Source of the DNA: a virus
IMG/VR virus record: IMGVR_UViG_3300018080_000158
Coordinates: 15,580-79,579 of that record
DNA length: 64,000 nucleotides
Direction: 5' to 3' (one strand)
Shown: positions 9,558-20,287 of the stretch, one piece after another
Layout: each line of letters begins with the position of its first letter
Numbering within the stretch: the first letter of the stretch is position 1
The notes under the pieces: model-generated
The model's input: the letters and a program-made list of their open reading frames with translations, nothing else
Told to the model about the DNA's origin: nothing
Database searches by the model: none
Made by a program: the position numbers and the translations under genes

Positions 9558-10119
9558 GGTCCAACTCCATGAAAGCCCCGTCCTTCTTAAGTTTGCGGCG
9601 TATGGTCTTTAAAATATCCTCCTGATATCTGGTAGCACTTTTAGAACCAAAAGTCAAGGCATGGCCTATTTCACAGATCAAATAAGCAACCCCTTCATCC
9701 ACAGTTGAAAACTCCAAACCACGCCTTTTATACAACTGCAATTTAAAGTCTTCAATACGGCCTTTACCCACGCCAGTCAGCCATTTTTTCCATTGGCCAA
9801 TACCTACCACAAGAGGCCATATGCCGGTTTTTCTCCAAACAGTGTAGCGCAAGAGACCTCCAATTTCTCCCATAGTAGCCAATGCAGACTGTTTTGACTT
9901 GGACCGGAAAGCATAGTCTTCTATAAAAACTAAAGACGATTTCTCCACAAAGCCTAATACTCCAGATATCAATTTAGTATATCTAAAAGGCCGATGCTCA
10001 GAGGACTTTGTAGTAATTGTATCGGAATCCATAGCTCCATTTTCAAACATCCTACAAACACCTAAGAATCTAGTACCAGGATCTATACCCACTACTGAAG
10101 TGATAATTTTACGACCCAT
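9541..10119 (-). CDS. ruvC: RuvC-like Holliday junction resolvase
   Basis: VVGIDPG, VFIEDY, WKKWLTG.G motifs. Confidence 0.85.
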   Translation of the reverse strand: MGRKIITSVVGIDPGTRFLGVCRMFENGAMDSDTITTKSSEHRPFRYTKLISGVLGFVEKSSLVFIEDYAFRSKSKQSALATMGEIGGLLRYTVWRKTGIWPLVVGIGQWKKWLTGVGKGRIEDFKLQLYKRRGLEFSTVDEGVAYLICEIGHALTFGSKSATRYQEDILKTIRRKLKKDGAFMELDLLSDD

Positions 10120-10387
10120 TATCTTTACTTCTCCCCTCTAAAAATCTAAGCAGTCGGATTGCCTCTTTTTTACGCACTGGAACAGTCCGATCCTTAGACT
10201 TCTGCTCCATGAAAGGCATGTCAATGGAATAACCGCGAGCTGTGAGATTGTATGCAGGAACGTAGTCAGTGTTGCCAATCTCCATTTCTATAATAGATAG
10301 TTCACAGGATAAGCATTGCAGTTGTAAAGTCTCTCCGCTTTCTGTTTGCATAGTAAGCACTCCCACGCCTACCTCATACTTGGGCAT
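10109..10387 (-). CDS. Hypothetical protein with C-terminal IRLLRFL motif
   Basis: Likely start MPKYEV, coupled to the upstream stop. Confidence 0.6.
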   Translation of the reverse strand: MPKYEVGVGVLTMQTESGETLQLQCLSCELSIIEMEIGNTDYVPAYNLTARGYSIDMPFMEQKSKDRTVPVRKKEAIRLLRFLEGRSKDNGS

Positions 10388-11297
10388 GGTAAAACTCCAT
10401 ACACTGTTTATAGCAAGGACAGTTTCTAGTTTGCCAGCTTGAAAAATTACTCCTTTGACATAATGGATGAATATCCGGCAATCCTTTTGGGTATGAATCA
10501 TACGCAAGCTTAAAAACTTCCAACTTCTCAACTATCCTGCCAATTACTTTGCTCTTACCATTGACTGGAAACATTTTCATTGGCATCCCGCTAGACACAT
10601 GGGTTTTGCAAACGTAAAGCACAAAGCCTATATCCGATCTTATAGGGATAGGCATAGAGGAATCTTGATTCAATCCCCACATGTATGAAAGCACTTGCCA
10701 CTCGTGCTCTACTTGCGGACTTATCAGTTTATCAAAATACTTCTTGGCAATTGTCTTTATCTCAATTACTACAACAGTACCATCATCCAATAACAAAAAT
10801 AGATCAGGATGCCCAGACAGGTAGACAGGAGAAGTTAAAAACATTGAATGCTCTTTATACTCAAAGGCTTCAAAATGAGCACCGCAAGATAAACAATTAG
10901 TATTAGGTGGAAGTCCAAAAAAACAAGACTTGCAAGCTCGGCACTTCCACCAACCAATGCGCTTGTTACCAAAAACAAAAGTAGTATTCTGGATTTCCTT
11001 ATGCACCGCCTCTCCTATCATAAATGTAAGACGAGACCCAGCATTAGTAAAACTAGACTTCTTGAATCGAAGATGAGATCCTAGTACATACATCCGAATG
11101 CATCCCTTGTAAAGGTCAGACGCTCTCGGATAAACGATAGGAAACCCATCAGGACTAGAATCAAGAAACCTGACATATCTCATAGCAATAGATTCTATAG
11201 AATCTGTAACGTTTACAGGCTCGGCAAGTGAAGTGGAAGCCGATGCATCCTTAGCCATATTTAAAAGCTGTTTTCCAATACTACTCAAAATCAACAA
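10374..11297 (-). CDS. Cas4-like PD-(D/E)xK exonuclease
   Basis: RASDL..C, G...H, SGHPD...IEIKT, Q...Y, C-terminal Cys cluster (CQR...CPC..QC), internal Zn ribbon. Confidence 0.85.
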   Translation of the reverse strand: MLILSSIGKQLLNMAKDASASTSLAEPVNVTDSIESIAMRYVRFLDSSPDGFPIVYPRASDLYKGCIRMYVLGSHLRFKKSSFTNAGSRLTFMIGEAVHKEIQNTTFVFGNKRIGWWKCRACKSCFFGLPPNTNCLSCGAHFEAFEYKEHSMFLTSPVYLSGHPDLFLLLDDGTVVVIEIKTIAKKYFDKLISPQVEHEWQVLSYMWGLNQDSSMPIPIRSDIGFVLYVCKTHVSSGMPMKMFPVNGKSKVIGRIVEKLEVFKLAYDSYPKGLPDIHPLCQRSNFSSWQTRNCPCYKQCMEFYHAQV

Positions 11298-11838
11298 GTA
11301 GGGATTTGCCTACTCCTCCTTCAGGATAAAAGTAATGAGCTAAAGGCCAAGAGACTACCAACAGAGGTATGTCTATGACAGCTCTGAATGATTTAACCTT
11401 GTTTCTACTTCCAGTACGCCAAGGGCCTTTTACTTCAATAAAACACTTATGGTCAGGAAGAAAAAAGTCTGGAATGTATTGAACAAACTTTTTGACTTTT
11501 GCAGACTTGGCAGAAGGGATAAGAAAAGCAATACCTTCATATAAAAATCTCACACCTTCAGAGCTAAGCGCCTCTGCAAAATACTTTTCATAGTTAGACT
11601 CAAAAAATTGCTCAAGAACAGAAGAGTAGGCCCCACCCGGCCTCCTTTCATTGGATAGGTAGTAATACTGGTGCGGGGCTATGCTCTCAAATATATTACC
11701 ACCCGACACAGGATTAGCTCTAATCCACTTAAAAACACAATCACGGGAACAGACGTGAAAATCAGAATCGGCCATGGAGTTTTTTTTGCCTTTTACTTCC
11801 TGCTTCCTTCCACAAACTTGACATCTCAAAATTGCCAT
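11281..11838 (-). CDS. PD-(D/E)xK endonuclease with N-terminal Zn finger
   Basis: CxxC...CSRDC; S.YE, YE, YIPDFFL...FIEVKG. Confidence 0.8.
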   Translation of the reverse strand: MAILRCQVCGRKQEVKGKKNSMADSDFHVCSRDCVFKWIRANPVSGGNIFESIAPHQYYYLSNERRPGGAYSSVLEQFFESNYEKYFAEALSSEGVRFLYEGIAFLIPSAKSAKVKKFVQYIPDFFLPDHKCFIEVKGPWRTGSRNKVKSFRAVIDIPLLVVSWPLAHYFYPEGGVGKSLLVDFE

Positions 11839-12029
11839 TATAAGTAACACCTATTTTGATTGCCGGTTTTAGGCTTCACTTTCTTAGCTTTGTGGTACAA
11901 CGTGCTGGCATAGGACCTACAGATTCCAAACCTATCTGCTATCGCATTGAACGGAAATCCATCATCCCGCATCTTAACCAACCTTTCAATTTGCTTTTTA
12001 CTCAGCCTCTCGAATTTTCTTGTGGCCAC
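11838..12029 (-). CDS. Small HTH DNA-binding protein
   Basis: G.PFNAIADRFGICRSYAS HTH pattern. Confidence 0.7.
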   Translation of the reverse strand: MATRKFERLSKKQIERLVKMRDDGFPFNAIADRFGICRSYASTLYHKAKKVKPKTGNQNRCYL

Positions 12030-13122
12030 TTCTTTTCTCCTTTGCTATCCTAATAATCTCTTTGGAGGTCTTAAACTTTTCAGCAGGGATTTTTTTCCAG
12101 ACATCTTGAATATGTTCCAAAGTCTTTGCTTTGTGTCCAAAGTACATCCAACCGCCACCATCGGCTTTAGATACTACACCATACATCTTAGCCAATTTCA
12201 TCATGGTGGCATACTCAATGACTTCTCCTTGAGTGTAGTTAAATTCAGGCATGTATGCAGTGCATCTCCTAAATTCTCCGACGCCATGAAGAGTCAAAAC
12301 CTTTTCTTTTCGTATAGCAAATGAATGCCTAGAGGCTGAGGCCGTTTTAGTTCTGGAGTCAAAGAATTTCTTGTCTACGCCGTCTCTTGCTAAAGCCTTC
12401 TTTACAAGACGGAGCAATAAAGACATTTCGTGTTTGGCAGCATAGCCCCCTGGCATAATTTCAGGATCTCCGAACATCTGGCCTATCTTTACTCTCATTT
12501 GATTTGTAACCAAGATAGTACAAGGATGCCCTCTCTTCATCTCTCTGATCAGCCTTTGCTTTAATTTACGCACACCCCTAGTCACAAGTTTAGCCTGGTT
12601 GCCGATGAACTGATCAGCAAAAGAAGCCGTCATCTCTGCCTCTGGAATCAAAGCTGCAAGGCCGTCAATTACTAACAGACCTATATCATCAGCCCTTAGT
12701 ACAGACTCGGCAAGGTCTAAGTATTGCTCTCCGGTCTCCCCGTTTATCATAATGAATCCATTCGGATCACAGCCAACTCTTTCGGCCCATTCCCGATCAA
12801 ATGTCCCCTCAGAATCGGCCCAGGCAGATTTCATTCGGATAGGCTTTTGACTGCACTCACAATCCGATAGCAGATTGAAGCATCTCCAACAAATCCGGCT
12901 GCACATTGCTACAGCATTCATAGCCAGTGTTGTCTTGCCACCAGAATCTGGACCCCACAAACAAGTAGTCCCGTAAATAGGCATCCCGCCGCCAGTAGCA
13001 AAGTCAACAACAAAAACCCCAAATGGAAGACGGGCCGGGTCTTTCTTTTCAAAGCCCCACAATATTGTATTACTACCTATCTCCGAATTAGCCGTTTTGA
13101 TAATATCACTCACTTGAACCAT
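11998..13122 (-). CDS. recA: RecA-like recombinase
   Basis: GPDSGGKTT, LLVIDGLAAL, NQMRVKIG..FGDPE..PGG; Cys-rich insert. Confidence 0.93.
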   Translation of the reverse strand: MVQVSDIIKTANSEIGSNTILWGFEKKDPARLPFGVFVVDFATGGGMPIYGTTCLWGPDSGGKTTLAMNAVAMCSRICWRCFNLLSDCECSQKPIRMKSAWADSEGTFDREWAERVGCDPNGFIMINGETGEQYLDLAESVLRADDIGLLVIDGLAALIPEAEMTASFADQFIGNQAKLVTRGVRKLKQRLIREMKRGHPCTILVTNQMRVKIGQMFGDPEIMPGGYAAKHEMSLLLRLVKKALARDGVDKKFFDSRTKTASASRHSFAIRKEKVLTLHGVGEFRRCTAYMPEFNYTQGEVIEYATMMKLAKMYGVVSKADGGGWMYFGHKAKTLEHIQDVWKKIPAEKFKTSKEIIRIAKEKRSGHKKIREAE

Positions 13123-13145
13123 TTTAATTGCTCCAATCTCCGACC

Positions 13146-13478
13146 TTACAGTTTCATGTCTTTTCTAATAGCCGCAACCTTCTTATCCATCAAGGTGTCT
13201 ACCACTTTGTCAACCTTCTCTTGCATCGACAGCATCTCTTCAAGATAGCAAGGAACGGATAGCATGATAGTAGTTTTAATAGAAGAAAACTGAACAGGCC
13301 CAGGCAGTGTTGCACTTGATCCAATAGTCACCTTAGCTGGCTCAGTAGCAAATGCCCGAACCTTTAATTTCTTTTGACTACTCTTAATCAACGGTTTTTG
13401 GTCCGGCCCTAGTATAGTAGTAGTCTCCACAGTCAATGTAGCATCATCAGACTTCTTTTTACTGCTTTTCATTATCAA
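13146..13478 (-). CDS. Hypothetical protein (replication module)
   Basis: Coupled ORF. Confidence 0.65.
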   Translation of the reverse strand: MIMKSSKKKSDDATLTVETTTILGPDQKPLIKSSQKKLKVRAFATEPAKVTIGSSATLPGPVQFSSIKTTIMLSVPCYLEEMLSMQEKVDKVVDTLMDKKVAAIRKDMKL

Positions 13479-13887
13479 CCTCCTCCCACCTCTCTTTTAC
13501 ATACTCAGACAATTCAGACAACGAGACCGATCCCTGATCCAATCGCTTAAAAGCTCTTTTAAGGAGTAACATGTCTTCCTTGGAGTACAGACGCCAGCCC
13601 CTCTTATCTGTGAACTTTGGTTCAGGCAGTATCCCCTTTCTGTGATAGGCCCGAATCGTTTGGATAGCCCTGTTGATATTTTCGGATAATTGCCCAATGG
13701 AGTAAAAGCCAGGCCCGACTATCTTCCTGTTAGCCTTTACAACTTTCTTTTTCTTTCGCCTGTAGTAATTTCTTGATCGCATCTGTTGCACCTTTCTGTA
13801 AGCATCGTCGTTATGGTATCTCCTTCTCCTTTTCTTATTTATTTCCCGGCCATTCCTCTTCCAATAACTAGAGAATGTCCAAGCCAT
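13459..13887 (-). CDS. MerR-like HTH DNA-binding protein
   Basis: YSIGQLS...TIRAY..KGILP.P....GWRLYS. Confidence 0.8.
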   Translation of the reverse strand: MAWTFSSYWKRNGREINKKRRRRYHNDDAYRKVQQMRSRNYYRRKKKKVVKANRKIVGPGFYSIGQLSENINRAIQTIRAYHRKGILPEPKFTDKRGWRLYSKEDMLLLKRAFKRLDQGSVSLSELSEYVKERWEEVDNEKQ

Positions 13888-13896
13888 TTTACTACC

Positions 13897-15297
13897 CTAT
13901 CCTTTCACCGATTTGATTTTCATATTGTGCTTTTTATAATACCTAACTCGTCTCTTTGCCCATGCCACAGCATCCTCATATTTCAAGTCTACTATATCCA
14001 CGATTAAAGGTTGCTGCTTCCCCTCCATCATTCTCTCTACCCGGCCACATTTTTGCTCTATGAAAGACTGAGGTGTGCCAAATACCAACCCTGCCAAGTC
14101 TGGAATATCTGTACCCACTCCCATCATGTTATAGGTAGCAAGTATTATAGAAGAGTTCTTAAGCACTCCTACCAGCTCTTCAGGTTTACTCTTTCTCTTC
14201 TTGATTACTTTACCTCTCTTATCTGTTTCAACTGGTATTTGATCTGCATAAAATCCTATCTTTGCAGGATCTGTCTTAAAGTCGATAATCAAAAACTTTT
14301 TAATCCATTCCAATTGAGCAATCCTGTCGGATAAAACAGCCACTCTGCGCCCAGTCCTATGCATCTTATCAGTATAATGAGCAATAGCAAAATTTCGGGA
14401 AGGGTTAAAAGCCAATCTACTAATTAGCATCCCTCTCCTTTTCATTCGCTCACTTTCCATATGAATATAGCCCGAACTACATTCGTAGTTTACTACTAGA
14501 ACTTGAGCAGTCATTCGATTCAAGTTTTGTCCTTTAACAAGCACACCTCCTATCCCAAGATTGAACACCTTATGCAATCCATCAGGCCTTCTTAAAGTAG
14601 CCGAAGCAGCAATTCTATACTTCGCTGGAAAGAGAGCCAACGAGGGAGCAAAGGTTTCGGGCGGGACGGAACGATCAGCCTCATCGGCCACTATTACTCC
14701 GAACCTTCGATTAAAATCGTCTCCTAATTTATTCAAAACCAAAGTATGGATAAGACCAATTACTATATCTTTCTGTTGCCAATCTGCAATTCGCCCGGCC
14801 ACTGTGCCTATTCTATCCTCAGATAGATCAGTACGCACAAGCAATTCTTTTCTCCACTGGTTTACAAGATCCGATTTAGGAACAATAACCAAAGCCGTCC
14901 TTCCAATGGCCTTGAGCATCATAATAAGACACACTGTCTTGCCAAATCCTGGAGGGGCTTGAAGAGTAAAATGACTTTTGCCTTTGAACAAATGATCAGC
15001 AAATGCCTGCAACACCTCTCGCTGCCCCGGCCAGAACTGGCAAGCTAAACTCCATTCGCTTTTACTCCCCTCAGATCGATTGTCTATAATTTCAGATGCC
15101 AGATTTTGATAGTCCTTATCAAAGTAATTACGAGGCACACCAAAAAAATCCTCACGCTCTATAAACGTTTCGATCTGAACAGACTTATCAAAACGACTTG
15201 CCACCGTGAGCAATTTCTTAGCACGATCCAAGTCCCTAATTTCTTGTCTAGGAATCCACAGCATGGAGTCTAATATGAATTTACTATACGGCTTCAC
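13897..15297 (-). CDS. Superfamily 2 helicase (UvsW/Ssl2-like)
   Basis: APPGFGKT, DEAD, SAT, GTDIPDL, QKCGRVER. Confidence 0.9.
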   Translation of the reverse strand: MKPYSKFILDSMLWIPRQEIRDLDRAKKLLTVASRFDKSVQIETFIEREDFFGVPRNYFDKDYQNLASEIIDNRSEGSKSEWSLACQFWPGQREVLQAFADHLFKGKSHFTLQAPPGFGKTVCLIMMLKAIGRTALVIVPKSDLVNQWRKELLVRTDLSEDRIGTVAGRIADWQQKDIVIGLIHTLVLNKLGDDFNRRFGVIVADEADRSVPPETFAPSLALFPAKYRIAASATLRRPDGLHKVFNLGIGGVLVKGQNLNRMTAQVLVVNYECSSGYIHMESERMKRRGMLISRLAFNPSRNFAIAHYTDKMHRTGRRVAVLSDRIAQLEWIKKFLIIDFKTDPAKIGFYADQIPVETDKRGKVIKKRKSKPEELVGVLKNSSIILATYNMMGVGTDIPDLAGLVFGTPQSFIEQKCGRVERMMEGKQQPLIVDIVDLKYEDAVAWAKRRVRYYKKHNMKIKSVKG

Positions 15298-15309
15298 TCA
15301 AGTATCCAA

Positions 15310-16062
15310 TTATAGTAAAAGGGCATCAAGATCAGAAGTGTCCTCACTGCCATTATCCGAGGGAGAGTCTTCTCCACTGCTTTCAGATCCATCCCCGGCA
15401 GAGGAATCGTCGGCCCCTATAGGATCAGGAGAACCGCAAAGGCGCCTAAGCTCAGAAACATTAGGCTTATACAATTTCTTGTAGTCATAGGGTTTCAAGT
15501 AATCTTCAATACTCACCCCTTCAGGAGTCCACCCTTTTACAAGAGCCTTGAGTTTATCTTCACTCAAACGACCCAAGAAATGGAAACCTTCTCCAGTGGC
15601 GCACTCCTTAGAGCCCGTTCCACGTTTTACTTCAAAGACACAGCCCCGAAGATTTTTATCCTGATATTGGATCTGATCAAAAAGCCTTTCTTTGGCAGTG
15701 CCTTTTGCCACAAAAAGCTTTTTTACATTTTTTCTCTTTTGCCCCTTCTTGTCTTCCCATTCGCTCGTATCTATCACGGTACTAACATTGATAAAACTTC
15801 GACCGATCTTGGCCTGACAAGCCGGGCAATTATCTTCATTACCAGCACAAGGCCGATAGTTATGCCAGTTTCCGTTAATATTGAAGCTATGCTCGTAAGC
15901 AAAAAACCCAGGCGTATCAAGAAATACTAACCTCGTAGCATTGTCCTTTGGCTGAAAGAAGCGAAGTGGACTGTTTGCACCAGATCTTGCAGCAGCATCC
16001 TCTCGCTTCGACTTATCCCATCCTTCATCCCCTTCCCAATACCAAGGCTTAGTGTCTGCCAT
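15310..16062 (-). CDS. Phage single-stranded DNA-binding protein (gp32-like)
   Basis: RFF...VFLD...YEH...C...CPAC; acidic C-terminal tail. Confidence 0.75.
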   Translation of the reverse strand: MADTKPWYWEGDEGWDKSKREDAAARSGANSPLRFFQPKDNATRLVFLDTPGFFAYEHSFNINGNWHNYRPCAGNEDNCPACQAKIGRSFINVSTVIDTSEWEDKKGQKRKNVKKLFVAKGTAKERLFDQIQYQDKNLRGCVFEVKRGTGSKECATGEGFHFLGRLSEDKLKALVKGWTPEGVSIEDYLKPYDYKKLYKPNVSELRRLCGSPDPIGADDSSAGDGSESSGEDSPSDNGSEDTSDLDALLL

Positions 16063-16082
16063 GTTTCACCTCCATGTAGTAA

Positions 16083-16334
16083 TTAATGAAATTTCTTTGG
16101 ATTGACAAATCCTGACGAAGTTACGATGCTATTGTCAGGAGGTTGAATAATTGAAGAAGAGCCTTGCTCTACTCTACCTTGTCGGATAAGCTTAGCGTCA
16201 CCGCTTTTAATCTGGGCTGACATAAGTATTCCCTCAGAATCGACAAAATTCACAGCAGCCACAGAAATATCATATCTAGTCAAGATACGCAGCATGTCAG
16301 ACAAAAAGCTCTCCGCTCTCTTGCCTTTCAACAT
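16083..16334 (-). CDS. Hypothetical protein
   Basis: ORF with RBS. Confidence 0.6.
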   Translation of the reverse strand: MLKGKRAESFLSDMLRILTRYDISVAAVNFVDSEGILMSAQIKSGDAKLIRQGRVEQGSSSIIQPPDNSIVTSSGFVNPKKFH

Positions 16335-16340
16335 CTACTA

Positions 16341-17369
16341 TCACCTCCCCAAGTTTTCTAAATTAGATTCTAAATTACTCAAAACCAGATCCATCTCTTC
16401 TTTACTTTTCAAAGCCCCAGGATCTTTTCGACCGGCCTTGCCCCAGTCGGCTTGCCTCAAAAGAGACTTGTCCCCAATACGTTCCCATACTATTTTAGTA
16501 GCATTCCATCCCGCCAAGTCTGCATCAAACCCCGTGATAGTAGTCCTTGACGTAAGAGCCAATATTTGACTCTCAGTTATACTACTAGACGCCGACGCTA
16601 TAGTATTATAACTACACCTCAAAGCTTTAAGCCTCAATGCATCAATCTCCCCTTCAACTAACACAACCGGCTTTCTCCAGTCTACAAACTCCATACCAAA
16701 CCAGCAACCAACTTCTTTAATCTTAGGAAATACTACATCGTCAAAGCCTGCCTGTTTTGGTCCAATTGTCCACATAGTTTTATTTCGTCTGCTTCTAGCC
16801 CTTAAAACAAATATGTTTCCATGCCTATCTGTCATTGGAAAGATCACAGCCGAGTCTCTATAACTGTATCTCACCCTGTAAGCATTTTGCATATACTCAG
16901 GAATTCCCCTTCCCTCCAAGAACTCTCGGCATCTCTTTGCTTCAAAATCGTCTCCCATTTGCAACAGAGGATATTTACGAATGACTTTAGGGGGCAATGG
17001 CATTACTTGTTTCGTAGGCTTAGAGTCCCAAGCATCATTAAGAAGAAGGCGATTATCGTCTCCCTCAAATATCTCACAGGCAGCATACAACTCACCTGCC
17101 TCTGTCGGATAGGTATCAGATAAAAGAAAAATTCTATGTAGTAATTGACCAAGAATTCTAGGCTGGCGGGAGCAACCAAAACAGTAGTAAACTGAAGGCC
17201 CGGACTCGTTCACAGAAAAACCAAAGCTCGGATTGGTGTCTATGCCGCCCCCATGAGTATAAGGAGCTAAAGGGCAAGAGCATTGCAACCATCCCCTTTG
17301 AGTATCTTGGATCTCATATTGTTTTATGCCCAACAAAAGCATAAATTTGACCAAGTGCTCTTTGATCAC
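16341..17369 (-). CDS. DNA primase (Zn-binding + TOPRIM)
   Basis: CPLA..H...D..PSF...CFGC; VLVEGEIDAL; FDADLAG; KDPG. Confidence 0.9.
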   Translation of the reverse strand: MIKEHLVKFMLLLGIKQYEIQDTQRGWLQCSCPLAPYTHGGGIDTNPSFGFSVNESGPSVYYCFGCSRQPRILGQLLHRIFLLSDTYPTEAGELYAACEIFEGDDNRLLLNDAWDSKPTKQVMPLPPKVIRKYPLLQMGDDFEAKRCREFLEGRGIPEYMQNAYRVRYSYRDSAVIFPMTDRHGNIFVLRARSRRNKTMWTIGPKQAGFDDVVFPKIKEVGCWFGMEFVDWRKPVVLVEGEIDALRLKALRCSYNTIASASSSITESQILALTSRTTITGFDADLAGWNATKIVWERIGDKSLLRQADWGKAGRKDPGALKSKEEMDLVLSNLESNLENLGR

Positions 17370-18610
17370 TCGCTATCCTCCGAAATCAAAGCGTCCCCAT
17401 CAACAACGCTATCCTGATCGATTGTAGTATTTAGCATGTTGAAGAGTATTCGTATCGACCCAGACTCGCCCTCTCGGCCTTTTAGCAATTGTAGAATTTT
17501 ATAATCCTTGCCGGTGAAAAAATCTGCTTGTCTTTCCGGTCTCAAACCCATAACAATACTGCCAAGCTTTGCCACATCATCACTGCCACCTATATTATCA
17601 AGACCCAACCCCTTTTTACTAAACTGGTAGGAAGCAATAACAGGTATACCAAACTCGTAGCCAATTGATTTGAGAACTTCTGCCGTTTCAGAAATACGCT
17701 CCCACTTTGCTCTAAATTGCTTCCTGGTCCTGAGTAAATAGCCACCGTCTACAAACAAAGCAGAAGGCCTCAACTCTTGGACTCTCAACGCCAGATCTTC
17801 CACTGTTGTCTTGAGAGATGCCCCTATCATATAAAAGGGCTTTTCAGATCCTAGTAATTCATTCACATGAACAAAGGCTGCTTCCTCAGTTAAAGAATCC
17901 AAACGGCCTAATCTGAGTTGAGTAGCCGACACTTTAGCTTTTAAGGCCAGTAATCTACGAGCACACTGGAAAGGAGTCATTTCCATTGGAACAAATAAAG
18001 GCACCGCTTCTGATTCCAAATAAGTATGCAAGCAAAAGCGAAGCATCAAATAACTCTTTCCTACTCCAGGCCTTCCTACAAGGACAACCACATCTCCAGA
18101 CTGCGCCCCGTCTAAAACACGATCTAAGAAAGGAAACCCCAAAGGCACACCAGACAGACCCGAAGCAGCTCTCCTAGTATTGTGCGCCTTCATTACTTGC
18201 TCGGCTTCTTTTCCTAAAACATGGATCTTATCCCGTCCTCCATAACCCGACAGTCCAAATGTCAATTCCCTTAACGAGTCTTTTGCTACACTCAAACGGC
18301 CACCTACCGCTTGATCTTTTATCTTCTCTACTGCATTGACGATCAGTTGAGACTCGTATCTCTTTATGACCTGTTCTATCCAATAACCCAAAGGCTCATC
18401 GGGCAAGTTTCCAAAACGTATCCCTGTCTCCACTTCAACCGTTCTTTGAGACGGCACAGACTTGAACAGTCTTTGATGGTTAGTAATAGCATCATATATT
18501 TCTAGCTCCTCGGAACGAAAATACTTTCTAGCAATTCCACTCTCTGTGAGAGTTTGAATTCCTCTCTTATCAGAGATCAATTTTTTTAAAAGACCTAAAC
18601 CTGCACTCAT
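17366..18610 (-). CDS. dnaB: DnaB-like replicative helicase
   Basis: GRPGVGKS, PMEM, FVDGGYL, LLKGREG. Confidence 0.9.
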   Translation of the reverse strand: MSAGLGLLKKLISDKRGIQTLTESGIARKYFRSEELEIYDAITNHQRLFKSVPSQRTVEVETGIRFGNLPDEPLGYWIEQVIKRYESQLIVNAVEKIKDQAVGGRLSVAKDSLRELTFGLSGYGGRDKIHVLGKEAEQVMKAHNTRRAASGLSGVPLGFPFLDRVLDGAQSGDVVVLVGRPGVGKSYLMLRFCLHTYLESEAVPLFVPMEMTPFQCARRLLALKAKVSATQLRLGRLDSLTEEAAFVHVNELLGSEKPFYMIGASLKTTVEDLALRVQELRPSALFVDGGYLLRTRKQFRAKWERISETAEVLKSIGYEFGIPVIASYQFSKKGLGLDNIGGSDDVAKLGSIVMGLRPERQADFFTGKDYKILQLLKGREGESGSIRILFNMLNTTIDQDSVVDGDALISEDSE

Positions 18611-19353
18611 ATGTCTAAAGTCCTAACAGAGTATTTGCTTTCCAAGTAGGACTGTGATCTTAAATTGCATACAAGTGAGTTTTCTAATATCAAATTAGAC
18701 ACAGCATTGCCCAAACACAACGACTCTGTTGCCATTCGCTTAAGTGCTAAAGGTACTGTAGTAATTTCAGAGGGGATGTACCAGGTAAACACCATAGGCA
18801 ATTTCTTAGACAGTCTATGCTCTAACAATGGATACAACGCAGCCGGAACTTTACTAGGGTTCACTCGAACAGCCCAGTGGTGCCAAAACAACAAAGCAGC
18901 AAGATATATTCTATCCAAAGTCGGGGAAGAGGGATTAGAGAAAAATTCAGAATCATCCAAAGAAGGAAATGGGCCTCCAGACAGAAGGCGCAGCAAACAA
19001 TCTGTTGTAACTGTGCGAACGCCGCACCTTACCGAAAGGGCATATGTTATGGGTAGTAATTGAGACAAGGAAGAGAGAAGAGAATGCTGATTAGATATTA
19101 CTATGATCCAAGGAATGTCCCGATCGGATGCCCCTAACCGAATCGTTTCTAACTGAATACATACCTCCTTAATTGCTTTTACTGTTTGCTTGTTGGGAAC
19201 CTCCATGTTTTTGATCCATCTCTTAAGCTCATATTCTCCACTTATCAAATTGTTAATTATCTGATTAAGTATTACAGTCGGTATGGCATCTTTAGTCTTT
19301 TGGATCTTCTTCAATTCCCACGGCAACACAAGATCAAGTTTATTGGTTTTCAT
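18607..19353 (-). CDS. Putative degenerate DnaC/IstB-like helicase loader
   Basis: Position before DnaB; LLEHRLSKKLPMVFT resembles the DnaC C-terminus; no intact Walker A. Confidence 0.45.
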   Translation of the reverse strand: MKTNKLDLVLPWELKKIQKTKDAIPTVILNQIINNLISGEYELKRWIKNMEVPNKQTVKAIKEVCIQLETIRLGASDRDIPWIIVISNQHSLLSSLSQLLPITYALSVRCGVRTVTTDCLLRLLSGGPFPSLDDSEFFSNPSSPTLDRIYLAALLFWHHWAVRVNPSKVPAALYPLLEHRLSKKLPMVFTWYIPSEITTVPLALKRMATESLCLGNAVSNLILENSLVCNLRSQSYLESKYSVRTLDI

Positions 19354-19358
19354 AACTA

Positions 19359-20270
19359 CTAATCCTCCGTGGCCATCAAACTGAAAATGAAATGATTGAT
19401 TATGTCTCTATGCATAAAATACTGCCTAAAGTCGAAAAAAGGCAAAAGAGTAATAGGATCGCCTCTTCTGTCTAACAACGCATCAGACATTTGAATCCAA
19501 TGCTCAACTATCAAATCTATCAGCTCGTTCGGGTCTCTCTCTATCTGCTCGCAGTAAGACAACCAATTCTTAGCACTTCCCCAGTCCCTGGCAGTCCAAG
19601 CAGAGTTGAATTCAATACCTCCTTCCTCACAAGCAATCTTAATTCTCTCATAAAGCCATACAGGTTTTTTCTTGGCAGACAGTTTTAATTTAGCTGCTTT
19701 CTTTTCCTTTGACTTGGAGTACTTCTCTTGGCCAATAGCCAAAGCTTCTTCAATTCGCATTAGTGCATCCCTTCGCATTTTAACCGGCTGTACTTTCCTA
19801 TTAGGATTTTCGCCTTGCCATAAAATACTCAAACTAGCAAATGCTCTGTCCAAACCAGCCATCCCAAAAAACTCAACTACTTCATGCAAAGACGCAACCA
19901 AATCCCTCAAACCTGGGATGTTGATAGTGTATCGACAAGGTTTGGATGAGTACATAGAGCTGGAGTCAACGTCTTTATAAAAGACTCCAAACTTTAAAAG
20001 CCCATTCACAGATCGAATCGTAGTTCTTAAACCGGCCATAGCACTAACAGGCATCAAACCTGCTTTAACATTTCCGTAAAGCAGATATTTTGTCCTTGTC
20101 TTCAAAGATAGTCTTTGCATTCCCAAAGTGGATCTTAACAGGTAAGTATACACAAAATGTTCTCCGGCAGTATGTGAGAACAGTGGCCCCCAAGTACTTA
20201 GCAGTTTGAAGGCAGTAGAAAAAGCAGAAGGTCTATCAAAACTAAAATCCCGATCAAGACCTTTAGACAT
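19359..20270 (-). CDS. Putative replication initiator (wHTH)
   Basis: First gene downstream of the iteron-like repeats and upstream of loader/helicase; wHTH-like N-terminus. Confidence 0.5.
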   Translation of the reverse strand: MSKGLDRDFSFDRPSAFSTAFKLLSTWGPLFSHTAGEHFVYTYLLRSTLGMQRLSLKTRTKYLLYGNVKAGLMPVSAMAGLRTTIRSVNGLLKFGVFYKDVDSSSMYSSKPCRYTINIPGLRDLVASLHEVVEFFGMAGLDRAFASLSILWQGENPNRKVQPVKMRRDALMRIEEALAIGQEKYSKSKEKKAAKLKLSAKKKPVWLYERIKIACEEGGIEFNSAWTARDWGSAKNWLSYCEQIERDPNELIDLIVEHWIQMSDALLDRRGDPITLLPFFDFRQYFMHRDIINHFIFSLMATED

Positions 20271-20287
20271 CTGTTAATCTCCTTATC

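Noticed and set aside
10374-11297. Cas4 as part of a CRISPR-Cas system
   Set aside because: No other cas genes or array; it lies in a RecA/RuvC recombination module, typical of solo phage Cas4-like nucleases
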